NCBI GenBank assembly: GCA_044359535.1
Contig: JBIKLZ010000001.1
Span: forward strand, 73,163 to 137,162
Reading direction: 5' to 3'
Source: Chlamydiia bacterium
GTDB taxonomy: Bacteria > Chlamydiota > Chlamydiia > Chlamydiales > 2-12-FULL-49-11
Length of the DNA stretch: 64,000 nucleotides
The position numbers and the translations under genes are program-made. Each line of letters starts with the position of its first letter. Within the stretch, counting starts at the first letter, position 1. Below, in pieces: positions 7,757 through 17,582 of the stretch. The notes beneath the pieces were generated by a model, which did no database searches, had not been told where the DNA came from, and saw nothing but the letters and a program-made list of their open reading frames with translations.

Positions 7757-8512
7757 TTATTGACTATAAAAAACCTCTTCTAAAGATAAGCCATGGGCTG
7801 GAGCTTGTCTTAAACCGTGGGTGTTGCTTTTTTTCTCTAAAATTTCTTTGAGTCTTTCTATAGAAACAGCCCCTTCTCCAGAATCAATTAAAGCCCCTGT
7901 GATATTTCTTACCATTTTGTAGAGAAATCCAGAGCCATAAAAATCTATACAAAATCCTTCTTTAGTGGATCTAAAAACAATCGAATAAATGGTTTTTTCA
8001 CAATAGGAAGGGCTGTTTGGTTTTGTGAGTAAACAAGATGTATTTACAAAAGAGGTGAAATCCTTTGTTCCAACAAAGACTTGAGCCGCTTTTTCCATAT
8101 AATCCACATCTAAAGGATAGGGGTGATGGTACGCCGTATGACGGTTAAAGGGATTTTGAATAGGATGAGTGTCGATGGTGTAGAGATATCTTTTTCCTAT
8201 AGCGCTATACCTAGCATGAAAGCCTTCATCAACTTCTACAATATTAAAAATAGCAATATCCTTTGGAAGTAAAGCATTTAGAGATCTTTCTAAATAATGG
8301 ACAGCCTTTTTAGGGATTGTACAAGAGCCCACCTGACCTTTAGCATGGACCCCACGATCGGTCCTTCCAGATCCGTGGACAACAATATTTTGCTGAAAAA
8401 GTTGAAAAAAAGCTTTTTCAATCTCCCCCTGAACGGTTCTTTTATCCTTTTGACGCTGCCATCCAAAAAAAAAGGTGCCGTCATAGATAATAGTGAATTT
8501 GATTGTAAACAT
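7757..8512 (-). CDS. truA: tRNA pseudouridine(38-40) synthase TruA
   Basis: Signatures are YDGTFFFGWQRQ and GSGRTDRGVHAKGQV (catalytic Asp). ATG 8512, preceded by AAGGGAG, is preferred over the track start at 8545. Confidence 0.9.
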   Translation of the reverse strand: MFTIKFTIIYDGTFFFGWQRQKDKRTVQGEIEKAFFQLFQQNIVVHGSGRTDRGVHAKGQVGSCTIPKKAVHYLERSLNALLPKDIAIFNIVEVDEGFHARYSAIGKRYLYTIDTHPIQNPFNRHTAYHHPYPLDVDYMEKAAQVFVGTKDFTSFVNTSCLLTKPNSPSYCEKTIYSIVFRSTKEGFCIDFYGSGFLYKMVRNITGALIDSGEGAVSIERLKEILEKKSNTHGLRQAPAHGLSLEEVFYSQ

Positions 8513-8557
8513 AACTCCCTTAAACAACTCAAGGGAGTATATCATAGAATTTTGGTT

Positions 8558-8818
8558 CTATTCAACGTGATTGTTGATATGACCTGGCATTTTGAACATA
8601 GAAATCGCCTTTTTGCTTCCGAAAATTTTAGCAAGGGCTTCATCTGGTTTGATGTTTCTCATGTTGTCTGGATCTTGCAATTTATGCTTTTTGATGTAAA
8701 CCCATAAGTTTTTTGTGATCTCTGTCCTAGGCATAGGTCCTTTGCCACAAACTGCTTGAAGCTCTGGGCTTAATTTTAATTTACGCATAAATGCCGAATT
8801 GGTTGCTTTCTTTGCCAT
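8558..8818 (-). CDS. SWIB/MDM2 domain protein
   Basis: This 86-aa protein reads LSPELQAVCGKGPMPRTEITKNLWVYIKKHKLQDPDNMRNIKPDEALAKIFG, the typical SWIB domain sequence. Confidence 0.85.
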   Translation of the reverse strand: MAKKATNSAFMRKLKLSPELQAVCGKGPMPRTEITKNLWVYIKKHKLQDPDNMRNIKPDEALAKIFGSKKAISMFKMPGHINNHVE

Positions 8819-8988
8819 TGTATAACTCCTAATTGTTAACCTTTAATTTTATCTTTGCCTAGAAAATTTTTATTCGTCAATAATAGAGTTTTTGAAGATG
8901 TTTTCCATAGAAGTGTAAAGCCCTGTATTCACAATTTTTTTATCATTGGTCCTTGGTTTTTACCCCAATTTCTGCTATTGTTTTTGGT

Positions 8989-10087
8989 ATGAGAGAAAAT
9001 ATAGCTAAAGATATCAAGATTTTTAAGGAAAAAGTTTCTGGTATGGGGAGGTATCTTTGACCTCTGTAAAAAGCAAGAAGAGATCACAACATTAGATCAA
9101 GAAACACAACAGCCTCATTTTTGGGATGATAAGGAAAGGGTTTCTCAGGTTTTATCCCGTATAAAAGAACTCAAGTCATGGGTCACACCTTTAGAAAAAC
9201 TCATTGCTTTGTATGGCTATTTAGAATCGATGGTTGAAGATATTCAAGAGTTGGGCGATGAATTGTTGCTTCTTGATTTAGAAAATGAATTGCACAGTGG
9301 GGAAACCCTTTTAGAAGAGTTAGAAATTCGACGGATGTTTACTAGGGAAGAAGATATCTGCAGTTGCTATTTAAGTGTCAATGCCGGTGCGGGGGGGACA
9401 GAATCCTGTGATTGGGCTTTAATGCTTTATAGGATGTATCTTCGGTATGCAGAGAGAAAAGGGTGGAAAACAGAGGTGCTAAATGAGCTTTCTGGGGATG
9501 TTGCAGGGATTAAAAATTGTACAATTAAAATTGAAGGGGAGTATGCCTTTGGCTATTTAAGGGCAGAAACTGGGGTTCATAGACTTGTAAGAATTTCCCC
9601 TTTTGACAGCAATGCAAAGCGCCATACAAGTTTTGCCTCTATTGAAGTGGTCCCAGTAATTAGTGAGGATATTAAGGTGGATCTAAATCCCGATGATATC
9701 AGAGTAGATACCTATCGATCCTCTGGAGCTGGAGGACAACATGTTAACACCACTGATTCGGCTGTACGAATGACCCATATCCCTACAGGGATTGTTGTTT
9801 CATGCCAACAAGAGCGATCTCAAATTAAAAATCGTGAAGTGTGCCTTAAAATGTTACGGTCCAAAATCTATCAATTAAGGGTTGAGGAAAATAAAGAGAT
9901 GCTGTCAAAAATGGCGGGAGAAAAAAAAGATATTGCATGGGGATCACAAATACGTAATTATGTACTTAACCCCTATACTTTGGTCAAAGACTCACGAACA
10001 AAGTATGAGGATGGGGATGTAAGAAAAATTTTGGATGGGGATATTGAACCTTTTATCCACGCATATTTAAAAATGACAGGGGGATAA
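8989..10087 (+). CDS. prfB: peptide chain release factor 2, requires programmed +1 frameshift at 9055-9061
   Basis: Frame 0 reads ATG 8989 ...GGG AGG TAT CTT TGA (stop at 9058-9060). The +1 frame from 9059 continues DLCKKQEEITTLDQETQQPHFWDD... into the track ORF 9209-10087, which contains SPF (RISPFDS) and GGQ (SGAGGQHVNTTDSAVR). Confidence 0.9.
9045..9061 (+). promoter_or_regulatory. prfB +1 frameshift site (internal SD-like GGGGAGG, slippery CTT, in-frame TGA followed by C)
   Basis: The sequence GGGGAGGTATCTTTGAC is essentially identical in layout to the E. coli prfB recoding site (AGGGGGTATCTTTGAC). Confidence 0.85.
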
Positions 10088-10617
10088 TGGATTTTAACCA
10101 TTTAGAAAAAGAGGATATTACCAAAGATAAGGAGTATGATTTAAGATTTTCCTTTTTAATTGATGAGGATTTTTTATGTGAAGAGTTAAAGGATCCAGAT
10201 TCACTTAAGTGGTATCCACCATCGACAGAGTCTGATGTAAAAATCTTTGCAAGAAATTGGGCGGGGTATGCTCGCTATAGCTCAAGTCTTACTGCAGTCT
10301 ATGGAAAAGAGACAATAGGGATGGCGACTTTATTTTTAATGCCTTATGTAAAAGTTGCTCACCTTGCAATGATGTATATGATTGTTAAGAAAAAATATAG
10401 GAATAAGGGGGTAGGAAGATCCCTTGTACGAAATATCAATCATTTAGCAAAAACAAAATTTAAGTTAGAATCCCTTCACGTTGAGTTATTTGAGGGATGT
10501 CCAGTTGAGCATGTTCTTCAAAGTGAAGGGTATAAAAAGATCATCACCCAAGAAAATTTTGTTGAACTTGAGGGAATAATGAAGAGTCGAATGATTTATG
10601 AAGTGGATTTACAATGA
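10087..10617 (+). CDS. GNAT-family N-acetyltransferase
   Basis: The acetyl-CoA motif is VKKKYRNKGVGRSLV (R/Q-x-x-G-x-G/A). Its start overlaps the prfB stop (TAATG). Confidence 0.7.
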   Translation: MDFNHLEKEDITKDKEYDLRFSFLIDEDFLCEELKDPDSLKWYPPSTESDVKIFARNWAGYARYSSSLTAVYGKETIGMATLFLMPYVKVAHLAMMYMIVKKKYRNKGVGRSLVRNINHLAKTKFKLESLHVELFEGCPVEHVLQSEGYKKIITQENFVELEGIMKSRMIYEVDLQ

Positions 10618-11120
10618 GTAAAAATATAGGAACAATTTCAATAAGAACCCTTGTTGAGGCAGATCAGTATTATCTATCGCAGTATTTAATGGACCCATCT
10701 GTCTTAGATTTTTTTCCGATGTGTAATATGACAGAGGTGGGAGAAGCTTTAAAAATTTGGCTTTATTATGCAAGAAAGGGGCAGGCTTATACTATTGAAG
10801 TGGATCACAAACCTGCTGGCTTTGCAATTCTTTATGTCAATGTCTTTAAAAAGCTTGCAAAACAAGCCTTGTTTGCTATTGTTGTTGGAGATACCTATCG
10901 GGGGAAAGGGATTGGAACAAAACTTTTGCAGCACATTATTTATGAAGCAAAACATACCTATGGGATTGTTAATTTACATTTAGAGATGTATGAAGGCAAT
11001 CCAGCCTATTCATTATATAAACGACTTGGCTTTAAAGATTATGGCGCTCATGAACAGTTTATGAGAGAGCAGCTGACAGAGAAGAAAAAGAAAAAAATAA
11101 TGATGCAAATGAATTTATAA
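10614..11120 (+). CDS. GNAT-family N-acetyltransferase (second, tandem)
   Basis: The motif is VVGDTYRGKGIGTKLLQHII, with a YKRLGF C-terminal motif. It overlaps the upstream GNAT by ATGA. Confidence 0.75.
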   Translation: MSKNIGTISIRTLVEADQYYLSQYLMDPSVLDFFPMCNMTEVGEALKIWLYYARKGQAYTIEVDHKPAGFAILYVNVFKKLAKQALFAIVVGDTYRGKGIGTKLLQHIIYEAKHTYGIVNLHLEMYEGNPAYSLYKRLGFKDYGAHEQFMREQLTEKKKKKIMMQMNL

Positions 11121-11135
11121 GAGTAGGAATTTAAG

Positions 11136-11852
11136 ATGGCAGGACATAGTAAATGGGCAAATATTAAACATAGGAAGGCAAAAGCGGATGCTAAAAAGGG
11201 AAAGGCCTTTTCCTCTGTAACTAAAGAGATCATTGTTGCAGTCAAATCTGGAGGGGCAGATCCAAAATCCAACCCCCAACTTCGGTTAGCAATAACGCGA
11301 GCAAAGGCAGTAAATCTTCCTAATGAAAATATTGAAAGAAATATTAAAAAGGCCCAATCAAAGGATCAGTCAAATTTTGACGAGGTTCTTTATGAGGTTT
11401 ATGGATCAGGAGGAGTGGGGATCCTTTGTAAGGCCTTGACCGATAATAAAAATCGTACCGCTTCAGATATGCGTATTGCAACCAATAAGAAGGGAGGGAC
11501 AATTGCTGCTCCAGGAAGTGTCGCTTTTAATTTTGACCCTTTTGGTGTGATACAAGTAGAAAAAGGGAAAATGACGAGTGAAAGTCTATTTGAAAAGGCC
11601 CTTGAAGTAGGGGCTATTGATTTTTCTGATGAAGAAGAGATGTGCATTATCACCACACACCCTGAAGAGCTATTTATGGTGAAAGAAGGGTTAGAAAAAA
11701 TGGGGGTTGAAGTGAAAGACTCTTCCCTTGAAATGGTTCCAAAAACCCTTATAGAATGCAATGAAGAGGATAAACAGAGCAATCTTGCCCTCATAGAATT
11801 TATTGAAAATCTTGATGATATTGATGAAGTGGTTCACAATATGGATATGTAG
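11136..11852 (+). CDS. yebC: YebC/PmpR-family DNA-binding transcriptional regulator
   Basis: The N-terminus MAGHSKWANIKHRKAKADAKKGKAFS is diagnostic. Confidence 0.9.
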   Translation: MAGHSKWANIKHRKAKADAKKGKAFSSVTKEIIVAVKSGGADPKSNPQLRLAITRAKAVNLPNENIERNIKKAQSKDQSNFDEVLYEVYGSGGVGILCKALTDNKNRTASDMRIATNKKGGTIAAPGSVAFNFDPFGVIQVEKGKMTSESLFEKALEVGAIDFSDEEEMCIITTHPEELFMVKEGLEKMGVEVKDSSLEMVPKTLIECNEEDKQSNLALIEFIENLDDIDEVVHNMDM

Positions 11853-11856
11853 CCCT

Positions 11857-14745
11857 CTATTTTTTTAAAGCGGCAATTTCTTCAGCACTTTTTTCTATAT
11901 AGTTAAACGATTTATTATCTACTTTAGCCCCTTTTACAAGGATGGCTAATCTTTTTGGGTTATCCCTTGTAAGGTAGAGCTTGGCGTTTGTGATAAACGC
12001 CTCATAGGATAAGGCTTCTAAAGCTGCTTTTTGTTTTAAAGAGCGATCAAACTCCCCACAAAATGAATAGGCAAGGGCAAATTTTCTTTTTGCGCTCGCA
12101 AAAAGATCTGTAGGAGGGCGTTTTAATTTTAGGATAAGGGCTGCTTTGACATTGTTAAAACGCTCTTGGGTGATATGTTCTTTAATATCTCTTTCATAAT
12201 TTTCTAAAAACAGTTCATAGCGGGCTAAAAGTTCTTCAGGGTAATGGGTTGTGGATTGACAGATATAGAATTGAAGGAGTCGATCTTGTAAAAGGAGGGA
12301 ATCAGATTGAACAATATAACCTGTTTGTTGTTTTGTTCGGAGTTCAGAAAAAAAGGCCTCTTTAATTATTGTTGAAAAAATGGCTTGAGAAGCGAGTTTT
12401 TCATTACTAAAGGTTCCTTGGTCGATGAGTAAGATCGCCGAGTTTCCCCCCATTTTTGTGTTAAGTAAGAGTTTTGTAGGGTTTGGGCTCTCTCCATAAA
12501 AAGGGGTGTAGTTTTTTACTTCGTGGTTACTTACTGGATAGGGCTTAGAAAAAAGGGTGTTTTTTACCTCAAAATAGTAGGAAAGAGCCGATTCTTTATC
12601 AATATTTCCACTGATAAATGTTTGAAGGTAATTTTCTTCAAAGAGCCCCTTTTGAAACTCTTTTAAATCCTCAAGGGAGAGGGTTTGAAAAAGACGCTCT
12701 TCAGTGTGCATATCAATTGAAGTATTTGAAATGATACTGTTTAGGATATTAAATCCTTGGGAAGCAGGAAGATTACACTGTAAACTTTTGCATTGGGTCA
12801 ATAGTTCATTTCTTACAATATCAAATTCCCCTTGTTGAGGATAAACATTGATAAAGGAGGATAAAAAGGAGATCATAAAACTTCCAATTTTATCATGGTA
12901 GCCATTTACAACTATGGTTAAACCTAATTCATCGGGATAAATAAAGGTGTCAATGCCGGCAAAAGAGCCTTCAGCGATTAAAGAGGAAAGGTGTCTATGT
13001 AAGTAGGCACAGTACAATTTATTTAAACAGAGTGATTTTTTGGATGTATTGATTTCTGGGGATTTAATCCTTAAAAAGAATTGCGTTTTTGGCTCAAGAA
13101 AATAGGTGTCTTGTAAATAGTAACATTTTCCTGCTTCATCGTCAGCAATAACTACCGGGTCTATAATTTTTGTCTCGATTGTTTCAGTAAGGAGTTTTTT
13201 ATGCTTAGAAATATAAGGGTTTGGATTGGGTAAAAAGATATCTTTTGAGGGTTCAGCCATTTCCCATCCTTCTAATACATCCTCATTGATTTTACTGATT
13301 GAATATTTTGCCCCTGTCCAAGGTTCTACTTTGTTTGCATTTCTATGGGTATGATTCTTGTGTGCTTGGAGTGTAAAAATGGCATTTCTAGGGGTCAAAA
13401 AGGCAAGTAAATCTCTTGAGTTTTTTTGATCGAATTGATTAATTGTCAAAGATTTATAAGGAAAGGTTTCTAAAGACTCATCGATCATAAGAGAGGCACA
13501 TTCCATGGTTAATTTGGAGGGCTCCATTCGTGATTGCCATTGATAAGCTGTAGTCATCACAGCCTCCATATCATTATAGACATGGGAGGGGACATTGCTA
13601 CTTTTAAGCTTATTTAAAGCGGAAAAGAAAGTATAGAGGATATGATCGGTTTTTTGTATCCCTTCAGAGGTAAGTTTCAAATTAAAAGATAAAAGAAGGT
13701 GGCTACTACTTACTTTATCTTCCTCAAAATAAAAATCTTCAATCAACCCTTGTTCTTTTAAGAGGCTGTATAAGCCCCCTTTCATAGGATGAGCAAGGGA
13801 AAAAGCAATGAGTTTATAGGATTTTTTATCCAGATCTGTTGCATATGCAGTGGGAATTTCCCATGTGATAGAAAGTTGTTTGATATCTTTTATCGGTTCA
13901 ATATAGGTAATATGCCCTTCTTGAGTTGTCGATGTGATTTTTACATCAGCGTAAGAAGAAGAGGGTTTATTTGACGATTCAACCTCTGAAAAAGTTCTTT
14001 CAACAAGGGTTGTTAAACTCTCTAGATCTTTGTTTGAATAAATCACAAGATGCATTCCAGAAGATCTATAATGCTCTTTATACCACTTTACAAGGGTATC
14101 TCTGCTAACAATTTTAAGGGTATCTTCTGTCCCTGTACTAAAATCGGCATTTGGATGATTTTGATTTCCTTCCTGTTTAAAAATAAACCAAGATCTCCAA
14201 TTGTCATTTTCGATATTTTTTTTATGCTCTTGATTTACAGCAAGAAGCTCTCTGTTTATACAGCTTTCAGAAAATAAAGGATCGATAAAAAATCGGGAGA
14301 ACATGTCTAAAGCGCCATCAAAATGGCTATTGTTGATAGCAAACATGTAGACGGTTCTATCGGTACTTGTATAAGCATTTGTGGTTCCACTGTTATCAAG
14401 GATATATTTCCAATAGGCATTTTCATCTGGGTACTTTTTTGACCCCATAAAAAGCATGTGCTCACAAAAATGAGCCATCCCTAAATACTCTTTAGGGTTG
14501 CTCCAACTCCCAACATTGACAGCAAGGGAAGCTGATGACTGCCTTGCATCCTTATCGGAAATAAGAAATACTTTAATCCCATTAGCAAGGACAAGTTTTT
14601 TATAAACGACCTCTTTTAAAGAGGGGGTAAGGATCTTTAAAGGGTTTTGATCGGCAACAACGTGAGACAAAAGAGGGGATGGATGAGTAAAAAGGGGGAG
14701 GGATAGGGTAAAAATAGCGGTGAATAAAATTTTAGATAGGTTCAT
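11857..14745 (-). CDS. M16 (insulinase/pitrilysin-like) zinc metallopeptidase, secreted
   Basis: The inverted zinc motif HxxEH is present (GMAHFCEHMLFMGSKKYP). The protein is ~960 aa with a signal-like N-terminus MNLSKILFTAIFTLSLPLF from ATG 14745. The track start at 14781 is an alternative. Confidence 0.85.
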   Translation of the reverse strand: MNLSKILFTAIFTLSLPLFTHPSPLLSHVVADQNPLKILTPSLKEVVYKKLVLANGIKVFLISDKDARQSSASLAVNVGSWSNPKEYLGMAHFCEHMLFMGSKKYPDENAYWKYILDNSGTTNAYTSTDRTVYMFAINNSHFDGALDMFSRFFIDPLFSESCINRELLAVNQEHKKNIENDNWRSWFIFKQEGNQNHPNADFSTGTEDTLKIVSRDTLVKWYKEHYRSSGMHLVIYSNKDLESLTTLVERTFSEVESSNKPSSSYADVKITSTTQEGHITYIEPIKDIKQLSITWEIPTAYATDLDKKSYKLIAFSLAHPMKGGLYSLLKEQGLIEDFYFEEDKVSSSHLLLSFNLKLTSEGIQKTDHILYTFFSALNKLKSSNVPSHVYNDMEAVMTTAYQWQSRMEPSKLTMECASLMIDESLETFPYKSLTINQFDQKNSRDLLAFLTPRNAIFTLQAHKNHTHRNANKVEPWTGAKYSISKINEDVLEGWEMAEPSKDIFLPNPNPYISKHKKLLTETIETKIIDPVVIADDEAGKCYYLQDTYFLEPKTQFFLRIKSPEINTSKKSLCLNKLYCAYLHRHLSSLIAEGSFAGIDTFIYPDELGLTIVVNGYHDKIGSFMISFLSSFINVYPQQGEFDIVRNELLTQCKSLQCNLPASQGFNILNSIISNTSIDMHTEERLFQTLSLEDLKEFQKGLFEENYLQTFISGNIDKESALSYYFEVKNTLFSKPYPVSNHEVKNYTPFYGESPNPTKLLLNTKMGGNSAILLIDQGTFSNEKLASQAIFSTIIKEAFFSELRTKQQTGYIVQSDSLLLQDRLLQFYICQSTTHYPEELLARYELFLENYERDIKEHITQERFNNVKAALILKLKRPPTDLFASAKRKFALAYSFCGEFDRSLKQKAALEALSYEAFITNAKLYLTRDNPKRLAILVKGAKVDNKSFNYIEKSAEEIAALKK

Positions 14746-14761
14746 ATAAAAAATCCCTTTG

Positions 14762-15769
14762 TTAGTGGATAATTTCATCATAAAGGGTGAGAACTTCCTG
14801 ATAGATTTTATCCGCTTGATGTTTTCTAAAAAGGGTCTTTTCCCCCTTTTCTAGAGAATTTGGAGCCAACATGTGAAATTTTTTTCCAAAGTTCACATGA
14901 ATTGGAGAATGACACATTTTTCTTTGTTCGCCAATTTCTTTTTTAATTTTTTCTGGAGGGGGCAAAATGTGATAGGTATGAAGGGCTAAAGGGAAAAAAT
15001 GGGTCGCTTTTTTTCCTTTTGATCCAACAATGCGCATCATTTCTATGCTATCTGGATCAAAAGGGGAGGGAAGTAGCCTTCCAGAGTCATCTTTTCTATC
15101 TCTACCCCCTGAAGGGGCAACAAAAACAAGTTTCCCCCCTTGGCTTAAAAGATCTCTTAAGACAAGCATAGAGGTGCTATTGTGCTGTAGCATTTCCATT
15201 TTTTTGTCAGCATAAAGATCGAAGTATTTTTTTGAATAGACGCATAAAACATGCTGACCTCTAATTAAAGGGATAGTGAGGGGATCAGTTCGTACTCGAG
15301 CGCCAGCAATAGCAATCATCTCTTGGATAAAATGGGGGTAGTGATCATCTAAAAGGGCAGAAAGTAAAGTTGGATCGCCCTCTGCTTGATGGTTAGCAAG
15401 AAGAATGACATTTTCTCCCCCCTTCAAAAGGGAGAGAATGTCTTCGATGTTTTCCCTTCCTAAAATGTGTGACTTTTCTTTATCGATAAATGGGTTGATG
15501 AGCTCTTTTGCAAATTGATAGTAATCAAAGGGGACCCTTTCTTGTCGATGGAAGTTTTCAAATTGAGTTGGGTATTGAATTTCTTGTTTGATCAAATCGA
15601 TATACTTTTGTAAAATAGGGTGGATTTTTTTGCTATCGACACACTGATTTAGAATTAATTGATCATAAGAGGAGAAAAAGCTATGAATATAGGTAAAAAC
15701 ATCCTTTGGAAGAAACTTTTTTTCCCTATCTAACAATTCTAACACACTAGACTTCAAGTAAGGTTCCAT
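14762..15769 (-). CDS. plsB: glycerol-3-phosphate acyltransferase, plant-plastid (soluble) type
   Basis: The H(x)4D acyltransferase box is LLANHQAEGDPTLL, with GGRDR and APSGG motifs resembling plastid GPAT. The start is set at ATG 15769 (MEPYLKSS). The track start at 15850 would overlap rng by 104 nt. Confidence 0.75.
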   Translation of the reverse strand: MEPYLKSSVLELLDREKKFLPKDVFTYIHSFFSSYDQLILNQCVDSKKIHPILQKYIDLIKQEIQYPTQFENFHRQERVPFDYYQFAKELINPFIDKEKSHILGRENIEDILSLLKGGENVILLANHQAEGDPTLLSALLDDHYPHFIQEMIAIAGARVRTDPLTIPLIRGQHVLCVYSKKYFDLYADKKMEMLQHNSTSMLVLRDLLSQGGKLVFVAPSGGRDRKDDSGRLLPSPFDPDSIEMMRIVGSKGKKATHFFPLALHTYHILPPPEKIKKEIGEQRKMCHSPIHVNFGKKFHMLAPNSLEKGEKTLFRKHQADKIYQEVLTLYDEIIH

Positions 15770-17285
15770 TGGTTGAGTTAAACAATTTAAATTCGCTGAT
15801 ATGGAGGGTGTCGTCCCTTTTAAATTGAATTTTAGCATTGCTTTGTTCAAAGGTCGATAAGAAATAATCCTTATCCTCTTTATTTAAATAGTCATCAAAT
15901 TCAGGGTGACAGACAACTTCTATAGCAAAGTGCTCACCACAGAAAATCAACTCTTTAATCGCCCTTTCAAGTTCAATAGCCGCACTTTCAAAGTTTTTTA
16001 CAAGCCCCTTTCCATTGCAATAAGGGCACATCATAAACATTGTCTGAAGTAAGGATTCCCGATTTCTTTGACGGGTCATTTCGATAAGGCCGAACTCACT
16101 CATCCCTAGGATAGTAATTTTAGCAGAATCCTCTTTTAAAGCCGCTTTTAACCTTTCTAGAACGCGCTTGCCATTTTTTCTAAACCGCATATCAATAAAA
16201 TCGCACACAATAAGACCGCCAATATTTCGAATCGAAAGTTGTCGAGCAATTTCCTCTGCCGCTTCCATGTTTACATGGACAATAGCCTCTTCAACATCTT
16301 TAGAGATCTCTTTTTTCCCACCCCTTCCTGTGTTTACGTCAATGGTATACATTGCCTCTGTTCTTTCAAAAAAAAGGTAGCCACCACTTGGGAGCCACAC
16401 TTTCCGATGGGCTGCTTTGGAAATTTCCTTTTCAACCCCAAATCTTTTAAAAATAGGGAGATTATCCCGATAGTATTCAATTTTTAGTGGATTATCCTGT
16501 GAGGCAAACTTTGCGTACATTTTTGTTAATGAAAGGTAGAGCTCTTTATCATCGACAAGTAACCTTGAGTATTTTTTATCTATCGCTTTGATCAAAGTTC
16601 TTTTGACAATATCGGATTCTTCATAAAGCAAAGAGGGGCCTTGAGATTTTTCAAATTGTAAACGGGTCTCTTCCCAATTGCGGATCAGTTCATGAGCCTC
16701 ATCAATGAGTTGATCTGTGGTCGCTTCTAGACATGAGGTTCTGCAAATAAGACCCATATCGCTTGGCATCTCAAAAGCCTTGATAAGATTTTTTAGTCGC
16801 GTTCTAGAACCATTATCGCTAATTTTTTTCGAAACCCCTCGATGAGGACTGTTGGGTAATAGGACTAAAAATCTTCCAGGAATAGAAACATTGGACGTAA
16901 GTCTTGCCCCTTTTGAACCGATGGGTTCTTTTACAACTTGAACAAGGACGACTTGGCCCGCTTTTAAGATTTTTGTAATATCTGCTTCAGCTTCATTTTC
17001 GGGGGCTTTTGGGGTGTTAGGCTCAAAGTCCATGTCAAACATCTCTTTGAACTTTGCTGTATTTTCTACAATATCAGAGATATGAATAAATCCATTTTCC
17101 CCTTCACCAATATCGATAAATGCAGATTGAATATTTTTTAGAATATTAGTGACTTTACCACGGTAAATATTTCCTGTGATTTGTCTACTTTTTTTCCGCT
17201 CGATAACAAGATCATGAAGCTTTTTGTTCTTTAAGAGGGCAACACGAAGCTCTTTAGTCTCGACATTGATGAGAATTTCTTTCAT
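15747..17285 (-). CDS. rng: ribonuclease G/E family endoribonuclease
   Basis: An N-terminal S1 domain (GNIYRGKVTNILKNIQSAFIDIGEGENGFIHISDI) is followed by the catalytic core with TIDVNTG and LGLIEMTRQR motifs. Confidence 0.85.
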   Translation of the reverse strand: MKEILINVETKELRVALLKNKKLHDLVIERKKSRQITGNIYRGKVTNILKNIQSAFIDIGEGENGFIHISDIVENTAKFKEMFDMDFEPNTPKAPENEAEADITKILKAGQVVLVQVVKEPIGSKGARLTSNVSIPGRFLVLLPNSPHRGVSKKISDNGSRTRLKNLIKAFEMPSDMGLICRTSCLEATTDQLIDEAHELIRNWEETRLQFEKSQGPSLLYEESDIVKRTLIKAIDKKYSRLLVDDKELYLSLTKMYAKFASQDNPLKIEYYRDNLPIFKRFGVEKEISKAAHRKVWLPSGGYLFFERTEAMYTIDVNTGRGGKKEISKDVEEAIVHVNMEAAEEIARQLSIRNIGGLIVCDFIDMRFRKNGKRVLERLKAALKEDSAKITILGMSEFGLIEMTRQRNRESLLQTMFMMCPYCNGKGLVKNFESAAIELERAIKELIFCGEHFAIEVVCHPEFDDYLNKEDKDYFLSTFEQSNAKIQFKRDDTLHISEFKLFNSTNGTLLEV

Positions 17286-17390
17286 AGTGAATCTATTGGA
17301 TAAATGTTTATAAACAACCTATGTTAAATCATCTTTGTGTTAAAAGCTATAAGATGTTTTTAAAAATAGGTAGGTGAAGTGGGCAAAGGA

Positions 17391-17573
17391 TTAAGCCACT
17401 TTACTTTTCTTATAAGATTTGCCCTTGTAGTATCCACATGACTGACATACATGATGAGAAAGGACAATGGCATCACAGTTAGGGCATGAGTTGACTGTTT
17501 TTGGGGTTAAAAAATCGTGTGCACGACGTCTATTTCTTCTTCCTTTTGATACTTTACGTTTTGGAACTGCCAT
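17391..17573 (-). CDS. rpmF: 50S ribosomal protein L32
   Basis: MAVPKRKVSKGRRNRRRAH is followed by a CxxC...CxxC zinc ribbon. Confidence 0.95.
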   Translation of the reverse strand: MAVPKRKVSKGRRNRRRAHDFLTPKTVNSCPNCDAIVLSHHVCQSCGYYKGKSYKKSKVA

Positions 17574-17582
17574 AGTTTCTCC

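Noticed and set aside
8290-8707. Track ORFs 8290-8532 (minus) and 8297-8707 (plus) overlapping truA and the SWIB gene
   Set aside because: They are alternative-frame or antisense readings of two genes with strong family motifs, and no independent evidence supports them.
11399-11794. 131-aa minus-strand ORF inside yebC
   Set aside because: It is antisense to a highly conserved YebC sequence, and its Ser/Pro-rich translation is typical of antisense artefacts.
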